Made by a program: the position numbers and the translations under genes
In this document: positions 11,653 through 25,339 of the stretch, in pieces
Position numbering within the stretch: position 1 is the first letter of the stretch
How the letters are laid out: each line of letters opens with the position of its first letter
Notes under the pieces: generated by a model
What the model saw: the letters and a program-made list of their open reading frames with translations, nothing else
Told to the model about the DNA's origin: nothing
Databases searched by the model: none
From: Nageia nagi
Lineage: Eukaryota > Plantae > Pinophyta
Reading direction: 5' to 3'
DNA length: 64,000 bases
Assembly (NCBI GenBank): GCA_050084985.1
Contig: JBITNC010000002.1
Coordinates: 3,782,001 to 3,846,000 of the forward strand

Positions 11653-12489
11653 GTATTATTCCTGCTTTCACTATAGTACCTAATGTTTGCATCGGATTTT
11701 ATATTCAGATCACATATATTCTGTGAATGTCTACTTTGGGATTACATGTGCTCCTTTCTCTCCAATCGAAGGGCTTCTCATCTTAAATGGTTTTGCTTTT
11801 TCAAATCTTTTTAATTCATAGGGGATTAGGGTTCCTTCGTTTTTGTTGTTGCTAACGTAAGCACTTATTAATAATCTGAATTAATTGGATCGATTCTTAA
11901 TTAAAAACGGTTCGGTTTTGTTATTAGTTATTAGTTTAATTAAATGGTAGGTTTTTAGATTTGAATTCTGTAAATAGACTCGTTGGGTAAGAGCAGGGAG
12001 TTGAAGGGTAGATTCAGCCAAGGTTTTGCAGTAGATATCCCATAACTGAATGTGTTTGTTAGATTAATTTATTGATGTGTTGTCAAGGAAACGTCCACAC
12101 GTCTCTTGCTGGGAAGTTTTCAGAATTGGATAGGCCATATAAGGAAATTTACGAACCCCTCTTGTTGGGAAGATTTCATGAGTGGACAGGGCATATAAAC
12201 AAATTTGCTAATGTGCTGTCAAAAATTTAACACTCACATTGTCGCATAATATCACTGTTGGCCCATCTTGGTTCTAACTACGGTCTTCAACACTCTCCTC
12301 AACCATACTCCTCTAGCACACGCTCAATTATACCGTTATATACTAGCTTAGCTTCTAAGGTCCGAGTGCTATCGCACGGTCAAAAACAATGATCCGATGT
12401 TGTTTTCCATCATCAATGGATCCAACCCAATCTTAATCACTATATACAATTGACTCGGCCATTATTTATCAAATTTGACTTTTACACAC

Positions 12490-13400
12490 CTAAGTATCCA
12501 GGCGCCCCATGACTAACTCATAAACCATGAAACTAATGACATGACAAATGCTATATCTGGCCTTGTAGCTGTGAATACATAAGACTTTGAACCAAGATTT
12601 TATGTTCCCTCCCATTAGCCTCTTCATTCTCGTCTTGTTCAACCGGATCAGCAAAATCCTTGCAATCTTTCATGTTGCATTTATTCAACGTCTTGTGTGT
12701 ATACTTGGGTAAGTAAAGATTCCACCATCCCTTTGGTTAATCTCCATGCTAAGATAGTAATGCGTGAGTCATAGATTGGTCATTTCAATCTCACTCATCA
12801 TAGCTTCTTTGAATTCATCCTTCATTCTTGAGGTATTTCTGGTCAACATATAAACAAACATGAAAAATATCGATATAGTAACATATGAGTCATAGATTGG
12901 TCATTTCAATCTCATTTATCATAGCTTCTTTGAATTTGTCCTTCATTCTTGAGGATTTTCTGGACATGTAAGCAAACATGCAAAATATCAATACTCAATA
13001 CCTTATGATGTGCAAAAATGCAAGGTTCCATTATGCAAGAAATACTTATCCTTTCAAATCCATTTTTTCAAGAAATGCTTGTCAATCCTTGAGTACTGTG
13101 CTCATGGTGTTTGCTACAACCCAGAGAATGCCTTCTTCTGCTTGTAAATCAAAACCTTAGTTGTGTTTGACCTTAAGACCTTGTGGCTGTTCCATTATAC
13201 CTCTTCTATGAACCTATTAAGAAATGCATATTTGATGTCTAATTGATATGTGTTCCATCCTTTTTGAGCTCCTAATGCCAAAATCAATATGATTATGTCT
13301 AGTAGGTATGGGTGCAGCGTGCATATCTCTCATCACAATCTATAATGCATTTGGGGATACTCTTTGTACTGGAAGACTTCTTACCTCTAAATACTATAAA
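12490..13400 (-). pseudogene. old copia RT relic inside the F-box intron
   Basis: Minus-strand translations AQKGWNTYQLDIKYAFLN, DEFKEAMMSEIEMTNL*LTHYYLSMEI and ATRPDIAFVMSLVS. Includes a ~120-bp tandem duplication (12765..12995). Boundaries approximate. Confidence 0.75.
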
Positions 13401-14606
13401 ATCAGACATCGTGAAGTGTTTACACACAATATATTCAACCATTAGCTTCTCTGATGCCATATGAATTCCATAAGAATGTTGAAAGATCACAATCTAAGCC
13501 TCTAGAAAGTGTTAATTAATTGTTGTAGACATTATTTTTGGTTTCATACATTCAGGAGTCAAAAGGAGATTAATTAACCTATTTCTAGTTTTTGTGTTTT
13601 GGGCAATTTTGAAGATGCAGATGAGTTTTGGCACAAAGTTGGCAAGTACTTGTGAGTCTAGTGATGTTTGGAAAAAACTTAAGTGAGTTTTTCCAAAACA
13701 GAAACTTTCCAAGTTGAGTGCAAATAACTTGCCAAGCTTGACTCAGCTTGCTACTCAATAAGTTTTTCGACTACCTGCTGAGCTTGATGACACTAAGGAT
13801 GACAAACATGTTCTACATATATCAAATGGTCTTCAGCGAATCACAGAATCCATCATTATAGACTTTTATAAGACTATCTCAAAGAAGATGCTTGAAAGTG
13901 TCATTAAGATGTGATAAACAACTTGTCAGATTGATATTTATGCTGAGAAAACTCTTAAAAGTGATAAAATCCATCAATTCTAATGACTATTGTGTTGCTA
14001 ATATAGTGGAGGTGATGGGCAGATGCCAGGTGATTAAATCATACATAAGTATGTTGTATGAAATCCATTGGCTCAATAACATATTTATAGTATGCATGAT
14101 CTTAGAAGTCTCATAAACACTGATCTTATATTACTTTAAAGGTCAGAAAGTTTATGTCAGCTGGTCAACATGATAACATGGAAATATAAGAAAAGAAAAC
14201 ACCTGAACTTTGAGGAGTTCAAATTCGAATTTTTTTAAAAAGGAGTTTGATGATAAATTGTGATACGGTATAGAAGATGCAGTGTAAGGCTTCTTGATTT
14301 GCCACATTCTAAAATTGGTTTGTAATCAAATTAAGATTGTCTTGGAAGAAGTGTGGTAGATATAAAAACCTCTGGAGGTGTAATGTAATGTTTCTATATC
14401 TGCCATATTCTATAATTACTTTTCAATAAAACTAAGAATGTCTTAGAAAACTAATCGCTGATTAGAATGCTGATTATTAACGTTTAAGTTTCTGGTGCTA
14501 TACACTTATATTAAGATTCACATTGTGTCGAAAAGCACTAGGAATACTAGTATACTTTGTTAGTGTCTTGGGCCTTGCACTGATGTTCATTAATTTTGTG
14601 TTGTAG

Positions 14607-14751
14607 GCAGTGGTATGCTGAGTCTTCAGAGCTAAGAGATGCCTGGAAAGCTGAATACATGGATGCTTGTACTGCCAGAGGATTTCGTGTCAAGAGAGAG
14701 AATTATTCTCAATCAAGATTGGAGGAATTTATATCTGGTTCTCTGAATTAG
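14607..14751 (+). CDS. exon 2 of small F-box-only protein
   Basis: The TTTTGTGTTGTAG acceptor joins in phase to complete the F-box (K-QW), then YAESSELRDAWKAEYMDACTARGFRVKRENYSQSRLEEFISGSLN*. Intron is 2954 nt. Confidence 0.8.
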
Positions 14752-17700
14752 TTGACAACCTATGGTAGAGGGATACATTTAGGTGTTATTATGGTTCAAA
14801 ATGACTATTTTTGGAAAAAGAGAGAATGAAGATGAGGGGCAATAAGTTTTTCATTTTGTGTTTTTTCATGAATATGATCACACTTTGGTCATTGGATACT
14901 TGGCTACTATTAGAATCAGTCATTAATGACTTACCGTCACATGTATGTGAACCTCTTATCTTTGACAATTATTTTTTCTTGAGCACAGGCATATCATCCT
15001 TAACATAATTTTTTATATCTATTTTTCGTCATCTGCTTTTACTAGGTGAAATTTATTATCACTACTGTTTACAGCAAGTTGTATGTACTATGGTCTCCCT
15101 TTCCTGGACCTAGAAATGCCGTATGTTGGCTGCTGAAATGTAAGCATATAAATATGTTATCTTGCAGGAATGAAAGTGTAGGGTTTAAAGTTAAGCTTAA
15201 TAGGATTAGTGCATAGCAACCAACAGCAAACTCTTTGCAGTTGTCCTTTGATTTTGACAGCAAACTCATTACAGGTGTCCGTTGATCTTAGTAGTGGTGC
15301 TACTGTTGGGAGTTGTAATCACTAATTTCAACTATACTTCGTGCCAGATTAAAATGTGATAGTGCTCAATCTCATCAATACAAACTATGATACAGTTTCA
15401 TACAATGCTTGAATAACCTCTCGACTCCTTCTTCTTATTCTGTCATTTAGAATCCTTAGAGATGTATTTATCCCTTAAGATACCTCAAGAATACCAATGC
15501 TCCGAGATGTGTTTAGACTTTATACCTTAAGAATATTAAGGATTAAGTGACTCTTAACATCCCCAGTGGTATCCCCTGTCCAGGGGATGGGACACGTTGC
15601 CCAAGGAGGGGAAGCGTCCCCATGTAATCCTGCTTTATAATGATAAGAAACAAACATTAAAGAAACATAAAACAATTCAGTGTACAGCTTGTCAGTTCGT
15701 TTTCCAAAATCTAACTATTTCAGAGTTCTTGTTTATTTTAGTTTCAACATCTAGATTACAGACTCAGAGAGATGTTCTGCTGGGTCTTTCTGTTAAAAGT
15801 GGTTTCCAACTTACAGAGTCTGATTTATACTGCAAATTTAAGATTTTCTTGGTTACGGGAATAGACTTTTAAGTCATGACAGCAGATTTTCTGCTAGGAG
15901 TTTAGTCGACACCCTCTTTTCTCTATTCTTTTTTAAGATCTCAGATGTGGGGTTTCCATTGTATTGGCAGATTTCATTTTTTGGGTTCATCAGCTTCTCT
16001 GTAGGCATAATATGGGCCCAATTTCATCTGAACCATTTCATGTCAAGAATGGATTGAGATTCAAAACAAAGGGCTATGCTACTATTGCAGGCTACGGCTG
16101 AATTCTACTTCGTTGGTTCTACAACACTTAATTGTTGCCTTTTTTTTCTCAATGTTGTTATTTGTTGTTTGTACAAATGTTTCGCACGAAGATGGAATTG
16201 TCGCGAAGATTTAGCCTTGCATGTCTAAATATGAATAATTTCAGACTGAAATTGTAGATAGCTCATTCATTCAGATATATTTTGTTTTATTGGACCATTT
16301 TTCTATTTGTTAAATGTTTCGAAGTCCAAATTCGTTAAACTTTATTATGGAAAGGGATAAACATTATTTGTAAGCTTTTGCAGCTTTGGTTCATGATTAT
16401 GAAAAGAATTAGGAGACCTATCACCATTCTGTGCGTAACCGGGTTTAAAATTGAACTTGAATTTTTACAAAAAGGAACTTGTTTAAGCCTGGTGGTAACT
16501 AATTTTATTTGAGTCTTTTGTTGAAGGTATCATATGACTTCTAATTATTTTATTTTATTTTTTATATGTAAGTCAAATTAGTTGTTTTATTTAATCTAAG
16601 ATGCAGGGTTAGTATTATGACTACATGTTATGTCATAGGAAATTCGATCATCTTTGAAGTCAAAAGTCCTTTCTTGATTTAAACGGGTAATTTGCAAAGG
16701 GTTTCTATTATTGAAACAAGAGGTTCTGTCTTAGCCTCAATAAGGATTTAAGATTTTATTTTTGATTGTTTAAGTTTTTTCAAGTTTTTTGTCATGGTCT
16801 TTTTAAGCGTTTATGTTTAAGAATTCCATGTTTTGCTTTCTAAAGTGAAGCTTCACCTTATTTTCCTTATCTTTGTAAATAAACTTGATTAGATTTTAAT
16901 CATGTAATTTTTTTTAACTTTCAAGTGCCTTTTTAAAATCTTTTCTTCTGACTTTCAGCTAGTTTACCAAAATGTTTTATCAGTGTGAAGTCTAAATATA
17001 ATTTGTGTTTTGCACAGTTATTTAAACCTTTGGATTTGAAGTCTTTCTTCAATCTAAAGTCTTGTTTCGATGAGTCAAACTTGTTTGAAATTCTAATCCA
17101 ACTTTATTCAAGTTGTTTGATTTGAATCTCCATTAAAGCATTGATCTATTGAATGCATTCATTCATTTTAATGCAACTTATTTGATTATTTTGTTCAATA
17201 TGATAAAAGAGGCTTACTACATGCAAAACATTTGGTTCACATTTCATAAGTATTTGGGAAACTTTAGGTCCTAGAAATTTTGAGTCTATTATCACCTTGT
17301 CTCAATTGAAATCAAGATTTTGTCAAGTCCAAAGTTCTAACATTAAAATTTGTTAAAAAGTCAACATTTTTATTTAATGTATCGTATTCATTTTAAAGGT
17401 CATCTATGAGACTTTTAATTTGTAAAATCTAAATTATATTGAACCTTTTTAAAGCTTGATCAATTGCTCATATTATTCGTAATCTTTAAGTTGATTTAGT
17501 TTGAGTTGTTATCCTATTTTGTTTTAAATGTTTACCATCATTCTATGATCAACTAGATTGCAAGACTTTGAACCACGAGATCAACAATTTCATCTTTAGC
17601 TAATGTCTAAATTTATTAAAGGTTTAATCTACGAATTGGATTTTCCCTAAGGCTTAATTAAAATCGTTTTGAGTCGTTCAACAAGTCTTATCAAACATTG

Positions 17701-17794
17701 ACTTTTGATTATAAGTTTAGCACTAACCTTTAATTTTATGGATCAAATATCCCTAAAGTTTACTTGAGTTATCATATTTGTAGTTATCATAGTT

Positions 17795-17930
17795 TGTTGG
17801 TTGAGTTGGTCATGTTGTGACCTTGTTTCACAGAGTGTCCCATGTTCAAATCCCACCAAGAGTGATACAATGTACTCCCTATAGTCGTCCCATAGATCGC
17901 TCTTGGTCTCCCGCGGATGTTTAATAAAAT
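17795..17930 (+). mobile_element. possible tRNA-derived SINE remnant
   Basis: A-box-like TGGTTGAGTTGG (17798..17809) and B-box GTTCAAATCC (17844..17853) at tRNA-like spacing. No convincing cloverleaf. Confidence 0.4.
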
Positions 17931-20900
17931 TTCTCTATCTTTCTTTCATTGAACTTTGATGTATCGATGTTTTGATTTGATAGGTCAAATCCAATTAGAA
18001 AGCTTTTGATAATTTTTTGAGTCATTTAGTATTAGTGTTTGGATTTGACTTGGTGTAATTGCAAGACTTAATATGATGGGTTAAATTAATTTTGAGATTT
18101 ATTCAATTTGCAAGCTTTATCAAAATTGGTTATGCTTACAGTCGCATATTAAGCTTTAATCAATAAATGAAAGTGAATTAGGTTCATTCTTCAAATAATC
18201 ATTACTTATACAAATTTTACAATTAATTTTAACCACAAGCCTTGATTCGATGATCATATTCAATTTTAAAACCTCTTCAAGTTTGTTCAAATTTAAGTCT
18301 TAATTTTGTCATTATTTGAAAAATGAATTCAATATGAAAGCCTCTCCAAGTTTGTTTGAATAAAGAGTTACATAATTCTCTCCTCTTAGCGTATAAACTA
18401 AAACTTTTTAGAGTTTGGCCTTTGTAGAAAATGAAGTCTTAGGAAAGATTATTGATGATTCACAATTGATTCTAAAGTTTTGTATAAAGCTTTGAAGCTA
18501 TAGATCTTAAGCCTTAAATTCAATTGTATGTTGGGTTAAAGTATAATTTCATCAAAGACTTGATTCGATATATTGATTTTCTCCTAACATTTTTGTTAGT
18601 CCTTTCGAGCTATTTGATGTCACATCTTATCAAATATTGAATACAATATTGTTTTAATTCAATGAATAAAATTTATTTATTGTGTTTTTTTAAAGTTGTT
18701 TGAGTTTTACATTCAAGCCTTCATTAAGCCTCTTCGATGGATTATATCCATTTAGTCTTTCAAAGTCTTTGCACTTCATTTAATCATCAATTCTTAAGTA
18801 ATTCTTGAATTTGACTGTGAATTTGTTCAACAAAGACATAACTCATAAGTGACTTTAAAATTTCTAATCCATAGGTCATAGCCTGAGCTTGGTTTAAAGT
18901 TTGAATAAATTTGATCTAATATATTGAATCCAATCAAAGCTTTTGTTATAATATTTTCAAGCTGTTTGATTTGGTTATTTAAGTCTTAATCAAATTGTTA
19001 AAAGGTTTTTAGTCTTAATCAAATGAGTCGTGTGATAGTAAGTCTCTTTGAACCTTTTATCTCTGTGATTTTTTAAACATTAACAAATCTAAAAGTCTTT
19101 CATCTAAAGTTTAGTCTTTAACGATTAAGATGATTTCAAAGAATTTATTAAGATTAATAGAGGTATTGGATCATGAAGTTTAATTAGAATTCAAATCCTT
19201 CCATTAAAGGATTGTAACGAGTTCGTTAAACTAACACACACTTAACCATTCTTTTTAAGAAATTGATACACCCATAATAATTCTGAAATGGATAAGAGTA
19301 ATCCACATTGAGCTTTAGTGTTGCTAGTTAGTTCGACACTCAAGGAGTTAGTTCAACACTCAAGTAGGCCGAATTGATTAATCTTGGGTCAATTAATCCC
19401 AAATTGCAATTTTTTGGACTTCACTTTCCTAAGAACACTACCTGTTAGAAAAGATGCCTAACAATGATCCTTCCATTACCAACTGCCTCACCTGTAGTAC
19501 GATCATCTTAATCACATTGTTAGTTTGGTTTAATTTTATAGTACATATCACTCAAGAGAACACACTTCCAAAGATTATCCATACCCATGAATAATTTTCA
19601 CATCCATGGTGTGGGTATATCACTCGCCCATGGAACAATCGTCATCTCTTTTCACTTCATTTTGTATAGAATGAGTATTACCCTATGTTATCACTAGACA
19701 TGGGTGGAGATTTTTCAACCATTACTCCTTTTCATCACTCAAAAAAGAATATGGGTTAGTAATCTATCCATATCTATAAACTAGTCCCACCATTTGTCCC
19801 TTGATACCCTCCTTGCGCATATCTCTCGAGAAGTATCAAGATAGATTATGGTAGCATCACTCGATAACCATATCTTGGGTGTTTTAGTTAGTCTAATGAA
19901 ATTATTAAAATGAAATAAGAATTAATCTAATTAGGATTCATAATTAGAGTTCTCTAATTATTTATGTAAAACAAATACATTGAAATGATCCCACTATAGT
20001 ATTTGCTTTAAACATTTAAATCCTATTAAACGATTATAATTCAAAACTATATGTTCATTGAATTTATTTATTCATAAAACATAAGAGTCTTCAAAACCTT
20101 ATAAACATAATTTGACATGAAAGAACATATCCCGACTCTACTAATAACATTCTAACTTTGCATTCTTCAACTCATTCGATCATTGAACTATTAATATACT
20201 ATAATCCCATAAAAACATTCAATCCTAGATTATTTTAAAACATAATAAGAATTAATCATAAATTACAACAATTGGTAACTTAATTCATCATCTATAATGT
20301 ATTCCATTGATAACGAGCATTCATTAAGTTAGCATAATTTGATCAATGTGAGAACCTCTTCATGTCATGTCAAGAACGAAAACTCACAGGCCAATGTTGT
20401 GCAAATGATCATTTCATTTCCTTAAAATGCATTAGATTACATTGCAGTGCATTCTGATCTTTTCAAAGTAGTGGAATGCAAGAAAATAGAAATAATATAC
20501 AATTTTTACATCCTTTACAATATCTTTAAAACATTCTTTGATTCCCTTCATGCAAGATGACTTATTTTATTTTTGCAAACATCACAAGGTTCAATGATTT
20601 CTATAACCTGAAGAATTATGGATTCAATAAATTAGGATAATTATTATGGATGCAAACTATATGGTTTATGCATTTTACCAAAAATAAACATTTTTTTCAA
20701 TGGCCTCTTAAATATCTTTCCATAAGATATTCCCTCCATTGACCTAGGGGTCTATCGAGTTGATAGAACAATCAATAACAATATAAATTTTTAAAGTAAC
20801 CATACAAATCATTCTCTTATCAAGTCTCAAGAATATCTTACACTTAGATATTGTTATCTTTACCCAAGATATTATCTTCATTTCAAGATAACATCGGTTT

Positions 20901-21348
20901 ATTCAAAACAAAACACACTAATCTTAACTAGTCTAATTTCTCATATTTAGGTCTTTTGAATACCATCACCCAACATTCTTTTTTCAACCTAGGAGGTCCT
21001 CCAATATCGATCTCAGTTTAATTCATTTCCAATATTGCCAAACATTATGAAAATTATCTACATCTCTTATTCAATTGATACTTCCCAATTTATTTATTGG
21101 AATGTTTGGTAAATTCTTTTCATTAAAACACGTTTATCCTGCAAACTCTAATCCTTCATCATGACATCATTAATTCTTCAAAGAAATAAGTTCATTTTAA
21201 TATCCTAATAGATATCTTTTGAAACAACAATAATAATACTTCTATGAATACCTTAAAATCAAAAAGTAACATTTGTAGGAATTCTTAACTATACCATATA
21301 TATCCATGAATGCCCTAAAATAAAAAAGTAACATTCATCGGATTTGTG

Positions 21349-21371
21349 TTATATATATATATATATATATA
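21349..21371. repeat. (TA)n microsatellite
   Basis: About 11 TA units directly before the CACTA remnant. Confidence 0.9.
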
Positions 21372-21394
21372 TTCCATGAATGCCCATATAGAAG

Positions 21395-23730
21395 ATGGAA
21401 TACCTTTTCCATAGAAAATATTTGCCAACAGATCATAATTATCAAAAAAATAAATCAAAGTTTAATGGTAAGGTTGATAACACCCCCACTCCCAATTATG
21501 CATCTCCTATGGATTGGTGGGAAAAGTACCAAGAAAGTGCAAAAAAATGTCGGAATAAAGCCTTTAAGGAAGGAACTTTCGAAGGCTTGGATGAAGTTAT
21601 AGTTGGCAAATATAACTTACCCATTGTTTGAAAAAAATGCACATTTGTAATATTTCAATTTCATTATTTTACCATATAAATGATTAATTTTATACACAAT
21701 TATTTTCAAGCATGACCAAACTATCAATATTATATAGACTTCTATATTGGAAGGATTTGTTAGTGGGACATTTAGTGGATTCTATGCACATCGTAAAGAA
21801 TGTTGTGTCTTTTTTGTATCACTATACACTAAGCAAAGAAACAAATACTGATAATGTGAGAAAAGACTTAAAAGGTATGAAGACAAAACATTCCTTATGG
21901 AAAACTTACAAATCAGATGGAATAAAAAATGCACTTGATTCTACCACATGGATTATGACCAAAGATGAAGTGACCATGCTACACAATGTTGTTCAAACCA
22001 TTCAAACACCAACTTAGTATGGATCATCTCTAAGAAGAGCATTCACTATTGACAGTAAAATGATCAAATTAAAATCTCATGATTGCCACAACTTTTTGAA
22101 GGTATGTATTCTCATATTATATGTCTATACTAAAAATCTTTATATTTGTATTAATGTATATTTTATTTAAAAGATAGTGATTAATATCAATTACATAAAA
22201 CTTTTGATGAATTTATTTGCAACATGTTTTTCCACTTGCAATTCATGGATGTGTGAATTTACCTTCTGATTTAAGAGATGCAATTGATCGATTATTACTA
22301 TTTCTAAGGTATCGTGTCATGTTACACTAGTACTGTTTTATGAAAAATAAGCATGTGGTTAATTTCAAAGGAGATACATGGTATTATTTTTTCATAAACA
22401 AGTGGTTAATTTCAAAGAAGATACATGTGGATGAAATAGATTGGTGGCCTAGAGAAATTATTGAGATTGTATGTAAATTTAAAAATGAAATGCCTACTGC
22501 TTTAATGGACATACAAGTGTACTTGTTGATCCATCTAGTAGATGATATTACAATAACATATGTTATAAGTGGTAGAAACATGTTTTTCGTGAAGAGATTT
22601 TTGAAAGTACTAAAAGCATTTGTTAGAAAAAAATCAAGACCAAAAGGATATATGGGTGAGGGATACATTGTATAAGAATATTTTTTTTTATGCAAGTATG
22701 TTTCCCAAATCAATGATTCTACCCTAAAGATGTGGAATCCAGACAAAGATAGAGACAAAGTAGGAGGAGATATTTTAAAACAAATAGGACACAATATTCT
22801 CTTAAAGGTATTATTTTTTTTTAATATTAGTAATTTATAATAAAATATACATGCATTTTGGTTTTAATTTAATCAATGGTTACTAACGAGTATATATTAT
22901 GTCATCATGAATTTTCACTAGATTATGATATATTTGAATCTATAAACCAATTTGTCATGATGAATATGGAATATTGTGAAGTGTGGATTGAATTGTATAA
23001 GAGTAAAAAAGTGCAATTCCAAGAGAACGTGTTATATTTCATAGTGACAATCCAAGGGGTCCTCTACCTCCATATCTAAGAGATAAAAGTTGGCCAATTG
23101 AGTGTACAAGGTCATGGATAAAGCAAACAATAGAAGAGAAACAAAAAGAAGGAGAAGAGATAGATTAATATGCATTAAATATAGCCATTGAATGCAATAA
23201 AAAAATGATTATCATTTTATTTAGATACATTTAATTTTTAATATTTTTGTAAGATATTCGTAACTAACATAAATATTTTTATAAATGTGTGTAGACATTG
23301 TATTTCTTTGCAATGTCGACATATGGTCAACACTTCAAAATTGAAAAGAATGATGAGAAAATAAATACATTTGACGATGATTGATTTTGATCAAGTCATG
23401 CAAGTAGAAGAGAACAAACTTAATAGAAGGAAAATTACAATATATTGAAAAAATTCAAGAAATCATTCAAATGTGTAGTATTTAAATGTAGATGGTTTGA
23501 AGGATTTAATATGAGAATAATCTTTCAATGATAGGCCTAGTGGTTATTGTGCAATTGATTCCATAAAATATTTACCTAAAGGTAAAAAGCCTTATGTTTT
23601 ACCGCAACATTGCCATCAAATATTTTTTTGTAAAGATGTATTGGATGAGAAAATGTTGTTTGTAATTGATTGTGATCCTAGAGGAAAACATATTGTACAT
23701 CCTATTGATGAAGATGATAATGAAATTTAA
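21395..23730 (+). pseudogene. CACTA Tnp2/TnpD-like transposase, intron-containing and degenerate (DUF4218 and DUF4216 regions)
   Basis: HRKYLPTDHNY...FNGK, LYWKDLLVGHLVDSMHIVKNV, KSHDCH, MDIQVYLLIHLV...RFLKVLKAFVRKKSRPKGYMGEGY, VVFKCRWF and PYVLPQHCHQIFF. Confidence 0.9.
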
Positions 23731-23791
23731 ATGATTAATAAAATGCAATGGAAGCATTCCAATATTATAATTTATATTTTTATATGGCATA

Positions 23792-24518
23792 CTGTATTTG
23801 ATCACATTTGCATTAGGGTCATTTATTTTTAATTGCATATGTAACATGCTAACAATGTATGCATGAAAAATTATCACTTGACTTTCACCCTACTACTGCG
23901 AGCTGCTAATTGACCATATTAAATCATCCACATCATGGAATGGAAATTCTTGACTAAACTCAAAACTAGAATTTCATACATACTCTAACTATCATAATAG
24001 TATAAATGGTACTTTAAACTACTCCTATTCATCAAATAATAGTTATCCTTTCATCCAACTATAATTATCCTCAATGCATGTTTGTTGCAACTTGAAATAA
24101 ACACTTACATATGATAAATTTTCTTCATCGAAATCAACACTTACAAATGATATTATGTATTTAATTACATTTGCATTAGGGTTGCTTATTTTTAATTGCA
24201 TACACGTGTTAATGATGTATGAAAATGTATGCATAAAAAAGTATTGCTTGAGTTTCACCCTACTAGTGCGAGCTACTAATTGGCCAGATTAAATCATCCA
24301 AATCATGTAAATAAAACTCTCAACTAAACTCAAAATTTGAATTTCATGTACGTACTCTAACTATCATAACAATGTAAATGGTACTTTAAATTGCTCCTAT
24401 TAATCAAATCACAATTATCCTTTCATCTAGATATAGCTATCCCCAATGCACGCATGCTCATTGCAAACCAAAAGCAACACTTATAGATGATAAATTTTCT
24501 TCACCAAAATCAACATTA
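23792..24518. repeat. ~365-bp tandem duplication inside the CACTA 3' region
   Basis: 23792..~24140 aligns with ~24157..24518 along its whole length. Confidence 0.85.
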
Positions 24519-25339
24519 TCACACTTACTAGTAATCTATCTAACAAAGTTGATTACTATAATTTTAAACTAAAATATATATGTGTGAATCATATGGTAAT
24601 GGCGCAACCTATGGCGTCAACCATTAAAAGGTTCTTTTCTTGCTACTCTTTGTGCGAGCAACATATAGTGATGAATGGCATCTCTGCAATTTAGTGTCAC
24701 TATTAGAGACCCTTTTGGCATCAATGATGGCATCGCTAATGAAGATGGATGATGTAACCAAAAGATACATCATTCGCGTTGCCTCTTTAATATTTTGCCA
24801 CTGTAATTGGTGAATTTTATAGTGTTGATTTTAGCATTGGAACATCCAAATAATTTCAATTTTTTTTTTCCTTATTAGCATTGTTAATAGCAAATTTTTT
24901 GGCATCCCTATTGGCATCACTAGTGGAGATGGATGACGTAACCAAAGGTAACATCATTATTTCATAATTTTGGCATCGTTAGTGGAGACATGTCTTGTGT
25001 CGATTTTAACATTGTAACAACAAAATATTTTAGAAAAAATATACTGATGTGATGTGATGTTGGATGATGCTTTTTAACTTCCACAAAGTTTATCTCCATT
25101 TAGTGACTCCATGGGCGATGCTTGACAATATTTTGTAATAGTGTGGTATTAATGTTCATGCCATTATTCACCATCCTTGGAGTATGGTGAACCTCAAAAT
25201 TTCAATAATAGTGATGATGACATATTGAGATCATGACTCATACACTTCATGCCTAATCTTAGACTAGATTGATTGCATAGGAGAGAAAACATTATTGAGT
25301 GATAGTAATGTTTCTCCCTTGGTTCAAATATATGATGCT

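Larger units (their letters stand above)
21395..25143 (+). mobile_element. CACTA (En/Spm) transposon remnant, 5' part missing
   Basis: Transposase fragments, subterminal repeats (TGGCATCRYTARTGRAGATGGATGAYGTAACCAAA at ~24728 and ~24912), and 3' terminus TATTTTGTAATAGTG (reverse complement CACTATTAC...) ending at 25143. Confidence 0.8.

Noticed and set aside
11492-11683. Unspliced 63-aa ORF as the F-box product
   Set aside because: The listed start is TTG, and the read-through lacks the conserved F-box Trp that splicing to 14607 restores.
17795-17865. tRNA gene
   Set aside because: A and B boxes are present but I could not form acceptor and anticodon stems. Treated as SINE-like.
16700-21300. 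Probable LTR-retrotransposon non-coding DNA (also ~28400..30000, ~36500..37500, ~63600..64000)
   Set aside because: Composition suggests decayed TE sequence, but no termini or coding motifs could be fixed.
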